In this document: positions 50,996 to 62,600 of the stretch, in pieces
Position numbering within the stretch: position 1 is the first letter of the stretch
Layout of the letters: each line of letters starts with the position of its first letter
Assembly (NCBI GenBank): GCA_030390025.1
Contig: JASTWF010000034.1
Coordinates: 2,976,001 to 3,040,000, forward strand
DNA length: 64,000 bases
Direction of reading: 5' to 3'
Origin: Squalus acanthias
Taxonomy: Eukaryota
Made by a program: the position numbers and the translations under genes
The notes under the pieces: generated by a model
What the model saw: only the letters and a program-made list of their open reading frames with translations
Databases searched by the model: none
Told to the model about the DNA's origin: nothing

Positions 50996-53900
50996 GTAAG
51001 ACATGATTCCATCTACACCGGGGAATATAGTAATAGTTAATTAATAATTTGACAAGATACACTCTACATCATTGAATAAAGTTACAGTCATTGTTAATTT
51101 AGACATGATACTCTCTACAACGGGGAATAATGTTTCAGTTAATTGTTAATGTGACATGATAACCTCTACACCGGGGATGATGTTACAGTTGATTGTTAAT
51201 TTGACATGATACCGTCTACACCTGGTAATAAATTTACAGTTAATTGTTAATTTGACATGATAACCTCTACACAAGGGATTAAAGTTACAGTTAATTGTTA
51301 ATTTGACATGATACCCTCCACACCAGGGATTAAAGTTACAGTTAATTGTTAATTTAGACATGATATCATCTACACCAGAGAACAAAGTTACAGTTCATTT
51401 TTAATTTAGACATTATACCCTCTACACCGGGGAATAAAGTTACAGTTAATTGTTAATTGAGACATGTTTTCCTCTACACTGGGGAATTTTGTCACAGTTA
51501 ATTGTTAATTAAGACATTGTATCCTCTACACCAGAGAATAAATTTACAGTTAATTTTTAATTTGACATGATACCCTCTACAACGGGGAATAAAGTTATAG
51601 TTAATTGTAAATTTGACATGATATCCTCTGCATCAGGGAAAAAAAGTTACAATAACTTGTTAATTTGATATAATACCCTCTACACCAGGGAATACATTTC
51701 CAGTTATTTGTTAATTTGACATGATATCTTCTTCACCAGAAATAAAGTTACAGTAAATTGTTAATTTGACATGATATCCTCTGCACTGGGGAATACATTT
51801 ACAGTCAATTGTTAATTTAGACATGATTCCCTCTACAGCAGGGAATAATGTTACAGTTAATTATTAATTTGACATGATACTCTCTACACCAGGGAATACA
51901 GTTACAGTTCATTGTTAATTTAGACATGCTACAATCTACGCTGGGGAATAATGTTACAGTTAATTGCTAATTTTACAAGATACCCTCTAGACCGGGGAAT
52001 AAAAATTACAGTTAATTGTTAATTTGGCATGGTACACACTTCACCGGGAAATAAAGTACCAGTCAATTGATAAATTAATCATGATAGGCTCTGCACCGGG
52101 GAATAAATTTTAAGTTAAATGTTAACTTGACATGATTCCATCTATCCGGGGATTAAGGTTACAGTCAATTGTTAACTTAACATGATACCCACTGCACTGG
52201 GGAATAAATGAACACTCAAGTGTTAATTTAGTTATGAAACCCTCTGCACCGGGGAATAAAGTTTCAGTAAAATGTTAATCTGAGATGATTACCTCTGCAC
52301 CGTGCAATAAAGTTACAGTTAAATGTTAATTTGACATGATGCCCTCTACACCGTGTAATAAAGTTGCAGTTAATTGTTAATTTAGATATGATTCCCTATA
52401 CACAGGGGTATAAAGTTATAGTTAATTATTAATTTGACATGATGCCCTCTACATCTTGTAATAAAGTTACAGTTCATTGTTAATTTAGACATGTTAACCT
52501 CTATACCAAATAATTTTGTTACAGGTAATTGTTAATTTGACATGATACCCTCCACACTGTGTAATAAAGTTACAGTCATTTTTTTTTTCATGATATCCTA
52601 TACACCGGGGTATAAAGAGGCAGTTAATTGGAAATGGTACCCTCTAGACCGGTAAAATACAGTTACAGTTAATTGTTAATTTCGACATGGGGCCCTCTAC
52701 ACTGGCGAATATGGTTACAGTTCATTGTTAATTGAGACGTGATAACCTTTAATCCGGGGAATAAGTTTACAGTTAATTGTTAATTTAGACATGATAAACT
52801 CTGCACTGTGGATTAAAGTAACAGATAATTGTTAATTTAGACATGATATACTCTACACCACAGAATAAAGCTACAGTAAATTTTTAATTTGATATGATAT
52901 CCTGTACACGAGAGAATAAATTTAAGTTAATTTTTAATCTGACATAATATCCTCTACACCGGGGAATAAAGTTAATTTAATTGTGAATTTGACATGATAT
53001 CCTCTACACTGGTGAAAAATGTTCTGTTAATTGTTAATTTAGACAGGATACTCTCTACACCAGAGAATAAAGTAACAGTTAATTGTTAATTTAGACATGA
53101 TACTCTCTACACTAGAGACTAAATTTAGAGTTAATTGTTAATTTAGACATGATACCCTCTACACCAGAAAATAAAGTTACAGTTAATTGTTGAATTTCCA
53201 TGATACCCTCAACACTGTCGAATAAAGATACAGTTATTTTTTTTAACATGGTAATCTCTACACTGGTGAATACAGATACACTTAATTTGAAATGGTATGC
53301 TCCACACCGGGAAAAAATTACAGTTAATTGTTAAATTTGACATGATACACTCTACACCCTGGATGAAAGTTAAAGTCAATTCTTAATTTGATATGATACC
53401 CTCGGCACCGGGGAATAAAGTAAAGGTCAATTGTTAAATTAGACATTAAATCCTCTACACCGGTGAATAAAGTTACAGTTAATTGTTAATTCGACATGAT
53501 GTCCGCGACACTGGGGATAATGTTATAGTTAATTGTTAATTTCGACGTGATGCCCTCTACACCGGTGAATAAAGTTATAGTTAATTGTTAATTTAGATAT
53601 GATGCCTTCTACATACGGGAATAAATTTACAGTTATTTGTTAATTCAGATATGTTTCCCTCCACACCGTGAAGCAAATTTACAGTTAATTGTAAGTTAAG
53701 AAAATATTCCCACCACACCAGGGAATAAAGTTACTGTCAATTGCTAATTTGACATGATACCCTCTACACCAGGGTATAAAGTTACAGTTAATTGTTAATT
53801 TAGACATCTTGGCCTCTACACTGAGGATACAAGATTACAGTTAATTGTTAATTCGAAATGATACCCTGTACACTGGGGAATAAAGTTACAGTTAATTGTT

Positions 53901-56233
53901 AATTTGACATGATAACCTCTAATACCGGGGAATAAAATTACAGTTAATTGTTAATTTGACATGATACCCTCGGCACCGGGGAATAAAGTAAATGTCAATT
54001 TTTAATTTAGACATGAAGCCCTATACACCAGGGAATAAATTACAGATAATTGTTAATTTGACATGATATCCTCTACACTGGGGAATAATGTTAAAGTTAA
54101 TTGATTATTTGTCATGATGGATGTCCACTACAGCGGGGAATAAAGTTATAGCTAAATGTTAATTTCGACGTGATGCCCTCTACACTGGTGAATAAAGTTA
54201 CAGTTCATTGTTAATTTAGACATGATACCTTCTACACAGGGGATTAAATGTACAGTTATTTGAAAATTTAGATATGTTTCCCTCCACACTGTGAAATCAA
54301 GTTACAGTTAATTGTAAATTAAGAAAAGTTTCCCACCACACCAGGGAATAAAGTTACTGTCAATTGCTAGTTTGACATTATATCCTCTACACCGGGGAAT
54401 ACAGTTACCTTTAATTGTTAATTTAGACATGATACCCTCTACACCAGAAAATAAAGTAACAGATAACTGTTGAATTTTCATGATACCCTCTACACTGTGG
54501 AATAAAGTTACAGTTTTTTTTTTACATGGTAATCTCTACACTGGGGAATAAAGATACAATAATTTGAAATGGTACCCTCTCCACCGGGGAATAAACTTAC
54601 AGGTAATTGTTAATTTGACATGATACCCTCTACACCGGGGAATAAAGTTACAGGTAATTGTTAATTTGACATGATGCCCTCTACACCGGGAAATAAAGTT
54701 GAAGTTAATTTTTGATTTTACATGATACCCTCTACATTGGGGAATACAATTACAGTAAATTGTCAATTTAGATATGAGACCCTCTACACCAGAGAATAAA
54801 GTTACAGCTAATTGTTGAATTTACATGATACCCTCCACACTGTGTAATAAAGTTACAGTCATTTTTTTTGAACATGATAATCTCTACACCGGGGAATAAA
54901 GCGGCAGTTAATTGGAAATGGTACCCTCTAGACCGGGGAATAAAGTTACAGTTAATTGTTAATTTCGACATGCGGCCCTCTACACTGGGGAATATAGTTA
55001 CAGTTCATTGTTAATTGAGACGTGATAACCTTTAATCCGGGGAATAATTTTACAGTTAATCGTTAATTTAGACATGATAAACTCTGCACTGTGGATTAAA
55101 GTAACAGATAATTGTTAATTTAGACATGATATCCTCTACACCATAGAATAAAGCTACAGTTAATGTTTTCTTTGACATGATTTCCTGTACACGAGAGAAT
55201 AAATTTACAGTTAATTTTTAAACTGACATAATATCCTCTACACCGGGGAATAAAGTTAATTTAATTGTTAATTTGACATGATATCCTCTACACTGGGGAA
55301 AAATGTTACAGTTAATTGTTAATTTAGACATGATACTCTCTACACCAGAGATTAAAGTTAAAGTTAAGTGTTAATTTGGACATGATACCCTCTACACCAG
55401 AAAATAAAGTTACAGTTAATTGTTGAATTTACATGATACCCTCAACACTGTGGAATAAAGTTACAGTTATTTTTTTTAACATGGTAATCTCTACACTGGG
55501 GAATACAGATACAGTTAATTTGAAATGGTACCCTCTACACCGGGAAAAAAATTAGAGTTAATTGTTAATTTTGACATGATACACTCTACACCCTGAAATA
55601 AAGTTAAAGTCAATTGTTAGTTTGATATGATACCCTCGACACCGGGGAATAAAGTGAAGATCAATCGTTAAATTAGACATTAAATCCTCTACACCGGGGA
55701 ATAACGTTACAGTTAATTGTTAATTCGACATGATGTCCAATACACTGGTGAATAAAGTTATTGGGCCAGAAATTGATCTGGCTCCGTTCCCGCGGGTGTA
55801 AGGAGCAGGCGCGGTAATACATTCCGCGTCTGCCGTTTCGTCTTTTCCACGGAGAAAATTCATCTTCTGGCTGATTGAGTGCAGGGCAGCGTATGACGTC
55901 ACACTGCCCTGCAGCGCAGCGTGCGCGTTGCATCGCGTGCGATGTGGAGTGAAGACACGCCCATTAAGGTCTCTTTTCCATAGGCCACGCCCCCGATTTT
56001 TTTCTCCACTGAAACCATTGTACAGCTGCTGAAGACACAGTTTTCTCACTGTATCAGGTGGAATTTGCAGTAAGTAGGTTTTAAATGCATGGTTTTGTAA
56101 ACTTTTAAAGATTTTTAGTATAATTTGAGTAATGTTAAACATTTGCAAAGAGATTTAAAGTAATTTAAATAGTTTTAAAAGTGCAGAAATCATTTTTTTC
56201 AGAGATTTAACTGTTTATAATCAGCAAACGAAA

Positions 56234-57787
56234 ATGGCTGCTATCAGCACTATCCAATTTATCAAAAGAACACAGAATTTCAGTGATGATGATCTCCGTA
56301 CACTTCTTGACGAGGTAGAATCGAAACGTTCACGGATAATTGGAACTCAGAAGTCCAAGCCGCCGCGAAAAGGCCAAATGGCAGCGTGGAAAGAGGTTGC
56401 TCAAAGTGTGAGCGCAACCTCGACCATTCCTCGTACAGCTGAGCAATGTCGCAAAAAATTCAGCGATTTATATCGAACGCTGAAGGTTTGTATAGTTATA
56501 ACAAAAGTCAATGTTAAAATGTCTTTACATTTAAAATGAAAAGCCTTGAAAAAGTGTTTGTTTGCTAAGCTGAGTTAATTGAAGTCACAAGATGCTCCCA
56601 TAAATTTTTATGGCTTTTGTAGCCAGGCAAGTCTCATAAAATGCTAATGTCATCTTGATTGAAATGCTTTGAGTTGCTTACTGAGTTAACTGTGTGAGTG
56701 CCAATGCAGTTTTGGTGTAAAAACCCTTACATTTCAGATTTTCATTTTCAATTTTAGAGTAAAACTGCTCACAACGCCAGAGAACGTTCACTGACAGGCG
56801 GTGGTGTTGTCACGTTAAGGGCTTTAACCGAACATGAGGAAAGGCTCGAGCATATCTTTGGATATCTTAGCGGATGTCCCTTTGGAAATGAACGATTCGA
56901 CAAAGGTGATGTGTGCTGAATAGCTTCTGTGATGTGGCACATCATGCTTTACCTTTGCTAATCTTTACTGTTTCCTTTACATAGGTTTACAGCATACTTC
57001 TCAGTCACGGGATGAACAGTGCGTTGAGTCTGCAGCCGAAGAGGTCATTGGTGAAGGGCATGTTGAGCCAGTGGGAGATGCGAGTGAGGTGGTGGTGGAG
57101 GAGCAGCAGGAGGAATTTTTTGCTGAATTAAACATGGAGGTTCTGGAATCTGGGTTGCAGGAGAGGTCCTCTCAATCATCCTCTCCAACTCCTGGCCCCT
57201 CTGGCTCTGTGCCAAACAGACAGCAGCTTGATACTACAGTGCCTGTGGGAGACACAGATATATATGCAGCAGAACAGGAGATGCATGGTCACATCCACCA
57301 ACTTGTAGGCTTGACTCAATCGATCTCTTCTCTTTCAGAGAAAGAAGTTGATTGTCTTACCTTGGTCAAGCAGGGAGTGGAATGTCTGTGCATGTCATTT
57401 AATGAAATGAAAGATCATATCATATTTCAAAATCTGGGAATGGAGCTTAAGAATATAAATGAGTCTCTTGAAGGACTGTTGCAGAAACCCGATGTGGGAG
57501 TGCAGCTTAGTAAAATAAATGAGTCTCTTGAAGGAATGTTGCAGAAACCCGATGTGGGAGTGCAGCTTAGTAAAATAAATGAGTCTCTTGAAGGACTGTT
57601 GCAGAAACCCGATGTGGGAGTGCAGCTTAGTAAAATAAATGAGTCTCTTGAAGGACTCATGCGAATAATTTCTGCTGCAATTACTGTGACTCCATCAGAA
57701 CCAACCTTACCTGCTCCCAGCGCAGAATCAGTGCAGGTCCAAGAGCCACCAACGATGATGCAATCAAGAAAGCGCAAGAGACGTTAG
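56234..57787 (+). CDS. Harbinger Myb/SANT-like DNA-binding protein; 3 exons (56234-56485, 56758-56905, 56985-57787), 400 aa
   Basis: RTQNFSDDDLRTLL..AWKEVAQSV..RTAEQCRKKFSDL trihelix; TGGG motif in exon 2; GT-AG introns keep the frame (252+148+803 = 1203 nt); C-terminal RKRKRR. Confidence 0.88.
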
Positions 57788-58289
57788 GGTGTTGCATGTT
57801 CCACAATGCACATCCATTGACCCTCAGGAATAGTTTATTTGTGGTTAAATTTTTCAAGTGTTTAATTTTTAGTTTTATTTAAAACTTACATGTTTACATT
57901 TTTCTTTATTTATATATATATTTGACACTGAAACTGAAAGTTAGCTTTTCATTGAAAAAGTACAGCCTTTAGTCACTTTATAAAAATTCAAATTGTTTAT
58001 TTTCACAAAAAAATTGAACATTTAAACTTGTTTACATTTAGGAAAGAGTTATTTCCCATCTTGAATGTCTTTACTGCATTAACGAAGCAAAAAGTTACTG
58101 AGAACTGTTAACAAATTTTTGAAAAACCTATTTCTGTTTACGATTGTTTACAAAGTTGAAAAGTAGCTAGTTAACATTGAAAAGTTATAAACTATGTAAA
58201 GCAACAATGAACCTCAGAAGTCTGTAATGCTGCAATAAAAGAGCACTGTTTCACTTTAAATTGTGTCTGTACCTTTATTTTCCTTGCTG

Positions 58290-58533
58290 GTGGAGAGGGA
58301 GGGGGAGGGGGAGAGGGAGAGGGATGGGGAGAGGGAGGGGGAGGGGGAGAGGGAGGGGGAGAGGGAGAGGGAGGGGGAGGGGGAGAGGGAGAGGGAGGGG
58401 GAGGGGGAGGGGGAGAGGGAGGGGGAGAGGGGAGGGGGAGAGGGGAGGGGGAGAGGGGAGGGGGAGGGGGAGAGGGAGAGGGAGAGGGGAGGGGGAGGGG
58501 GAGGGGGAGGGGGAGAGGGAGGGGGAGAGGGAG
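58290..58533. repeat. (GGGAGA/GGGGGA)n polypurine microsatellite
   Basis: About 240 bp of G/A only, beginning just past the transposase stop codon. Confidence 0.95.
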
Positions 58534-58546
58534 GTACAAGGCGACA

Positions 58547-59698
58547 CTACCTCGTGAAGGTGTTGGCTACCAGCTGCTCCCGAGCAGCCTTACTTTGAGC
58601 AGCAGTTGGCTCTTCCCCATCATGCCTTCCCACAGGCACATTGGCATTGTCCACGTCCTCCATTTCTGCAGGTAGTTCATCTGCAGCGTTAAGGGTCAGT
58701 CCTTCCTGCAGGGCAAAGTTATGCAAAGCACAACAGGCCACCACAATCTTTGCCACTTTCTGAGGAGAATACTGCAAGGTTCCCCCTGACCTGTCCAGGC
58801 ACCGGAAGCGTGATTTCAGAACTCCAATTGTCCTCTCCACCACTTGCCGTGTGGACACGTGTGCCTGGTTGTATCTCTCCTGAGCCTCATTATTGGTCTT
58901 GCGGTAGGGAGTCATCAGCCATGGTCTTAGCGGGTAGCCCTTGTCGCCCAATATCCATGCGGATCCTGGAGGCAATGCGTTGAGGACGCCATATAAGTCA
59001 GAGTTACGGAGGACGAAGGAGTCATGATTACTTCCACGGTTACCTGCATTCACATTTAAGATCCTGAGATGCGCATCACAGACAATCTGGACATTCAGTG
59101 AATGAAACCCCTTCCTGTTGATAAATGTCACAGGTGCAACCCCTGGTGCCTTCAATGCTACATGGGTTCCATCGACAGCCCCAATCACTTTGGGGAATCC
59201 AGCAATGTTATGAAATGCAAGCGCCATCTCCTTTTGATGGCGAGCAGACAAGTCATACTTAATGAACTCAGAAGCCCTACGGAAAATGACTTCTGTGACC
59301 TGGTGAATGCAGGCCCTCGCAGCATTCTTGGATATGTTGCAAATGTCACCGGTGCTTGCCTGAAAAGTCCCACTTGCAAAGAAGTTCAGTGCTGTGGTTA
59401 CCTTCATGCTCAGTGACAATGCATTGCGGTTCTTCGTGCGTGTTTGAAGGTCCTCCTTTAACATCTCACAGATTCGGCCAATTGACTCTTTACTGAAGCG
59501 CAGCCTCCTCACACACAGCTCCTCCGACAGCATCTCAAATGACAGCCTCTGCCTGTACACTCTATTTGGTGGGTAGTAGTTTCTCCTTCTCTGGAGGAGA
59601 CGGGCTTGGTTCCTCCGTCTGATTAGTTGTCTGTATTCGAAAATTCTCAGATACGCAATCCCACAGAGGAGGAAGAGGATTCGATTGCAAAAGGGCAT
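58547..59698 (-). CDS. Harbinger DDE transposase (HARBI1-like), 383 aa, uninterrupted
   Basis: KVTTALNFFASG, GAVDGTHV (D), NRKGFHSLNVQIVCD, GSNHDS, LGDKGY (D), RQVVERTIGVLKSRFRCLD (E), CCALHN. Confidence 0.95.
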   Translation of the reverse strand: MPFCNRILFLLCGIAYLRIFEYRQLIRRRNQARLLQRRRNYYPPNRVYRQRLSFEMLSEELCVRRLRFSKESIGRICEMLKEDLQTRTKNRNALSLSMKVTTALNFFASGTFQASTGDICNISKNAARACIHQVTEVIFRRASEFIKYDLSARHQKEMALAFHNIAGFPKVIGAVDGTHVALKAPGVAPVTFINRKGFHSLNVQIVCDAHLRILNVNAGNRGSNHDSFVLRNSDLYGVLNALPPGSAWILGDKGYPLRPWLMTPYRKTNNEAQERYNQAHVSTRQVVERTIGVLKSRFRCLDRSGGTLQYSPQKVAKIVVACCALHNFALQEGLTLNAADELPAEMEDVDNANVPVGRHDGEEPTAAQSKAAREQLVANTFTR

Positions 59699-62600
59699 CT
59701 TTCTCTCACACAGGCTTCCTCCTCAAACTGAAAGTTGTAATGAAAAAATGGAAATAGTTGTTAAAGTAACTTTAGTTAAGTGAGTGCCTATAAAATCAGG
59801 TCAGGCTATGGTGGGACACGTGCGCTATCAACTTGGGAACACATCTACCCGCCACACGGCCCTAGCTGATTTTCCAAAACTGTAACATTTTCATAAATTC
59901 ATACATACATACATACATACTTACTTACTTACTCATTTTCATCTTTAAAACTTTTTGAAACGTAAACAGTTCATTTTTAAACTTTCATTTTCACAGATAG
60001 ATACCTAAATATGCCTTGTACACACCCACAGTTGCTATACTACTCCAAATGGTCAAAACCCGTTTTAATTTTTTTTTAAAAAAACTCTTAACTTATATAA
60101 GACTTCATTTAAAACTTTTGTGTCTTTCAGATTTAAAAAACTCACCTCAGTAGCCACACTCCAAAAGGATTTCTTCCTCCTACTATCTCGGTAAATGTAT
60201 AAATGGCTGCTGCTCCTGGTTTTAAAATGTGTAACTGCTAGGAGCTTACACACACTACTCTCATTCACAAAAAAAAAGAATTTTCCGACGCACGCGCAGG
60301 ATCACCAGCCCACGCGATTACTCGCATATCCATGAAACTGACCAGACATGAAGTGCCGGTTTTCAGCGCATGCGCAGTGCATGCAGAAAACCGGCAATTG
60401 CAGAGGGAATACGCGAGTGTACGCAGTGCGTACTCTCGCTCACCAGGATGAATTTTTGGGCCATTGTTAATTGTTAATTTCGACGTGACGCCCTCTACAC
60501 CGGTGAATAAAGTTACAGTTAATTGTTAATTTAGATATGATGCCTTCTACATACGGGAATACATTTACCGTTATTTGTTAATTCAGATATGTTTCCCTCC
60601 ACACCATGAAATAAAGTTACAGTTAATTGTAAATTAAGAAAAGATTCCCACCACACCAGGGAATAAAGTTACTGTCAATTGCTAATTTGACATGATACCC
60701 TCTACACCAGAGTATAAAGTTACAGTTAATTGTTAATTTAGAAATGATACCCTCTACACCGGGGAATAAAGTTACAGTTAATTGTTAATTTGACATGATA
60801 CCCTCTACACTGGGGAGTAAAGTTACAGTTAAATGTTAATTTGACATGATTCCCTCTACACCGGGGAATTAAGTTACAGTTAATTGTTAATTTGAAATTA
60901 TGACCTCTACACCGGGGAATAAAGTTACAGTTAATTGTTAATTTAGACATGATACCTTCGACACAGGCGAATAAATTTAAAGTTAATTGTTAATTTAGAC
61001 ATGATTTTCTCTTCACGGAGGAATAAAGTTATAGTTAATTGTTAATTTAGAAATGATTCCTTCTACATCGCAGAATAAATTTACAGTTCATTGTTAATTG
61101 AGACATGATAACCTTGACAATGGGGAATAAAGGTATAGTTAATTGTTAATTTAGGCATGATAAGCTCTGCACTGTGGATTAAAGTAACAGATAATGGTTA
61201 ATTTAGACATGATATCCTCTACACCAGGGAATAAAGTTACAGTTAATTTTTAATTTAAATTATATCCTGTACACAAGAGAATACATTTACAGTTAATCTT
61301 AATTTGACATGATACCCTCTGCACCGGGGAATAAAGTTACAGTTAATTATTAATTTGACATGATACCCTCTACACCGGGGAATAAAGTTACAGTTAATTG
61401 TTAATTTTGACATGATACCCTCTGCACCGGGGAATAAAGTTACAGTTAATTGTTAATTCGACATGATGTCCGCTACACTGGGGAATAATGTTATAGTTAA
61501 TTGTTAATTTAGACATGATACCCTCCACACCAGAAAATAAAGTTACAGATAATTGTTGAATTTTCATGATACCCTCTACACTGTGGAATAAAGTTACAGT
61601 TTTTTTTTAACATGGTAATCTCTACACTGGGGAATAAAGATACAATAATTTGAAATGGTACCCTCTCCACCGGGGAATAAAGTTACAGGTAATTTTTAAT
61701 TTGACATGATACCCTCTACACCGGGGAATAAAGTTACAGTTAATTGTTGATTTTACATGATGCCCTCAACACCGGGGAATAAAGTTGAATTTAATTGTTA
61801 ATCTGTCACGATACCCTCTACACTGGGGAATACAATTACAGTAAATTGTCAATTTAGACATGAGACCCTCTACACCAGAGAATAAAGTTACAGCTAATTG
61901 TTGAATTGATGTGATACCCTCCACACTGTGTAATAAAGTTACAGTCATTTTTTTTGAACATGATAATCTCTACACCGGGGAATAAAGAGGCAGTTAATTG
62001 GAAATGGTACCCTCTAGACCGGGGAATAAAGTTACAGTTAATTGTTAATTTCGACATGGGGCCCTCTACACTGGGGAATATAGTTACAGTTCATTGTTAA
62101 TTGAGACGTGATATCCTTCAATCCGGGGAATAATTTTACAGTTAATTGTTAATTTAGACATGATAAACTCTGCACTGTGGATTAAAGTAACAGATAATTG
62201 TTAATTTAGACATGATATCCTCTACACCATAGAATAAAGCTACAGTTAATGTTTACTTTGACATGATATCCTGTACACGAGAGAATAAATTTACAGTTAA
62301 TTTTTAATCTGACATAATATCCTCTACACCGTGGAATAAAGTTAATTTAATTGTTAATTTGACATGATATCCTCTACACTGGGGAAAAATGTTACAGTTA
62401 ATTGTTAATTTAGACATGATACTCTCTGCACCAGAGATTAAAGTTAAAGTTATGTGTTAATTTGGACATGATACCCTCTACACCAGAAAATAAAGTTACA
62501 GTTAATTGTTGAATTTACATGATACCCTCAACACTGTGGAATAAAGTTACAGTTATTTTTTTTAACATGGTAATCTGTACACTGGGGAATACAGATACAG

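Larger units (their letters stand above)
55763..60462. mobile_element. Autonomous PIF/Harbinger transposon, 4700 bp, apparently intact
   Basis: TIRs GGGCCAGAAATTGATC / GATGAATTTTTGGGCC (13/16 match); TSD ATT (55760-55762, 60463-60465); empty site AAGTTATTGTTAATTG at 62841-62856; two convergent genes. Confidence 0.95.

Noticed and set aside
58192..58598. Poly-Pro, Gly-Arg and Gly-Glu ORFs
   Set aside because: Translations of a G/A microsatellite
58547..59698. Host HARBI1 gene (and the Myb gene as host NAIF1/MSANTD)
   Set aside because: Both lie inside TIRs with a TSD and an empty paralogous site, so this is a transposon and not a domesticated gene
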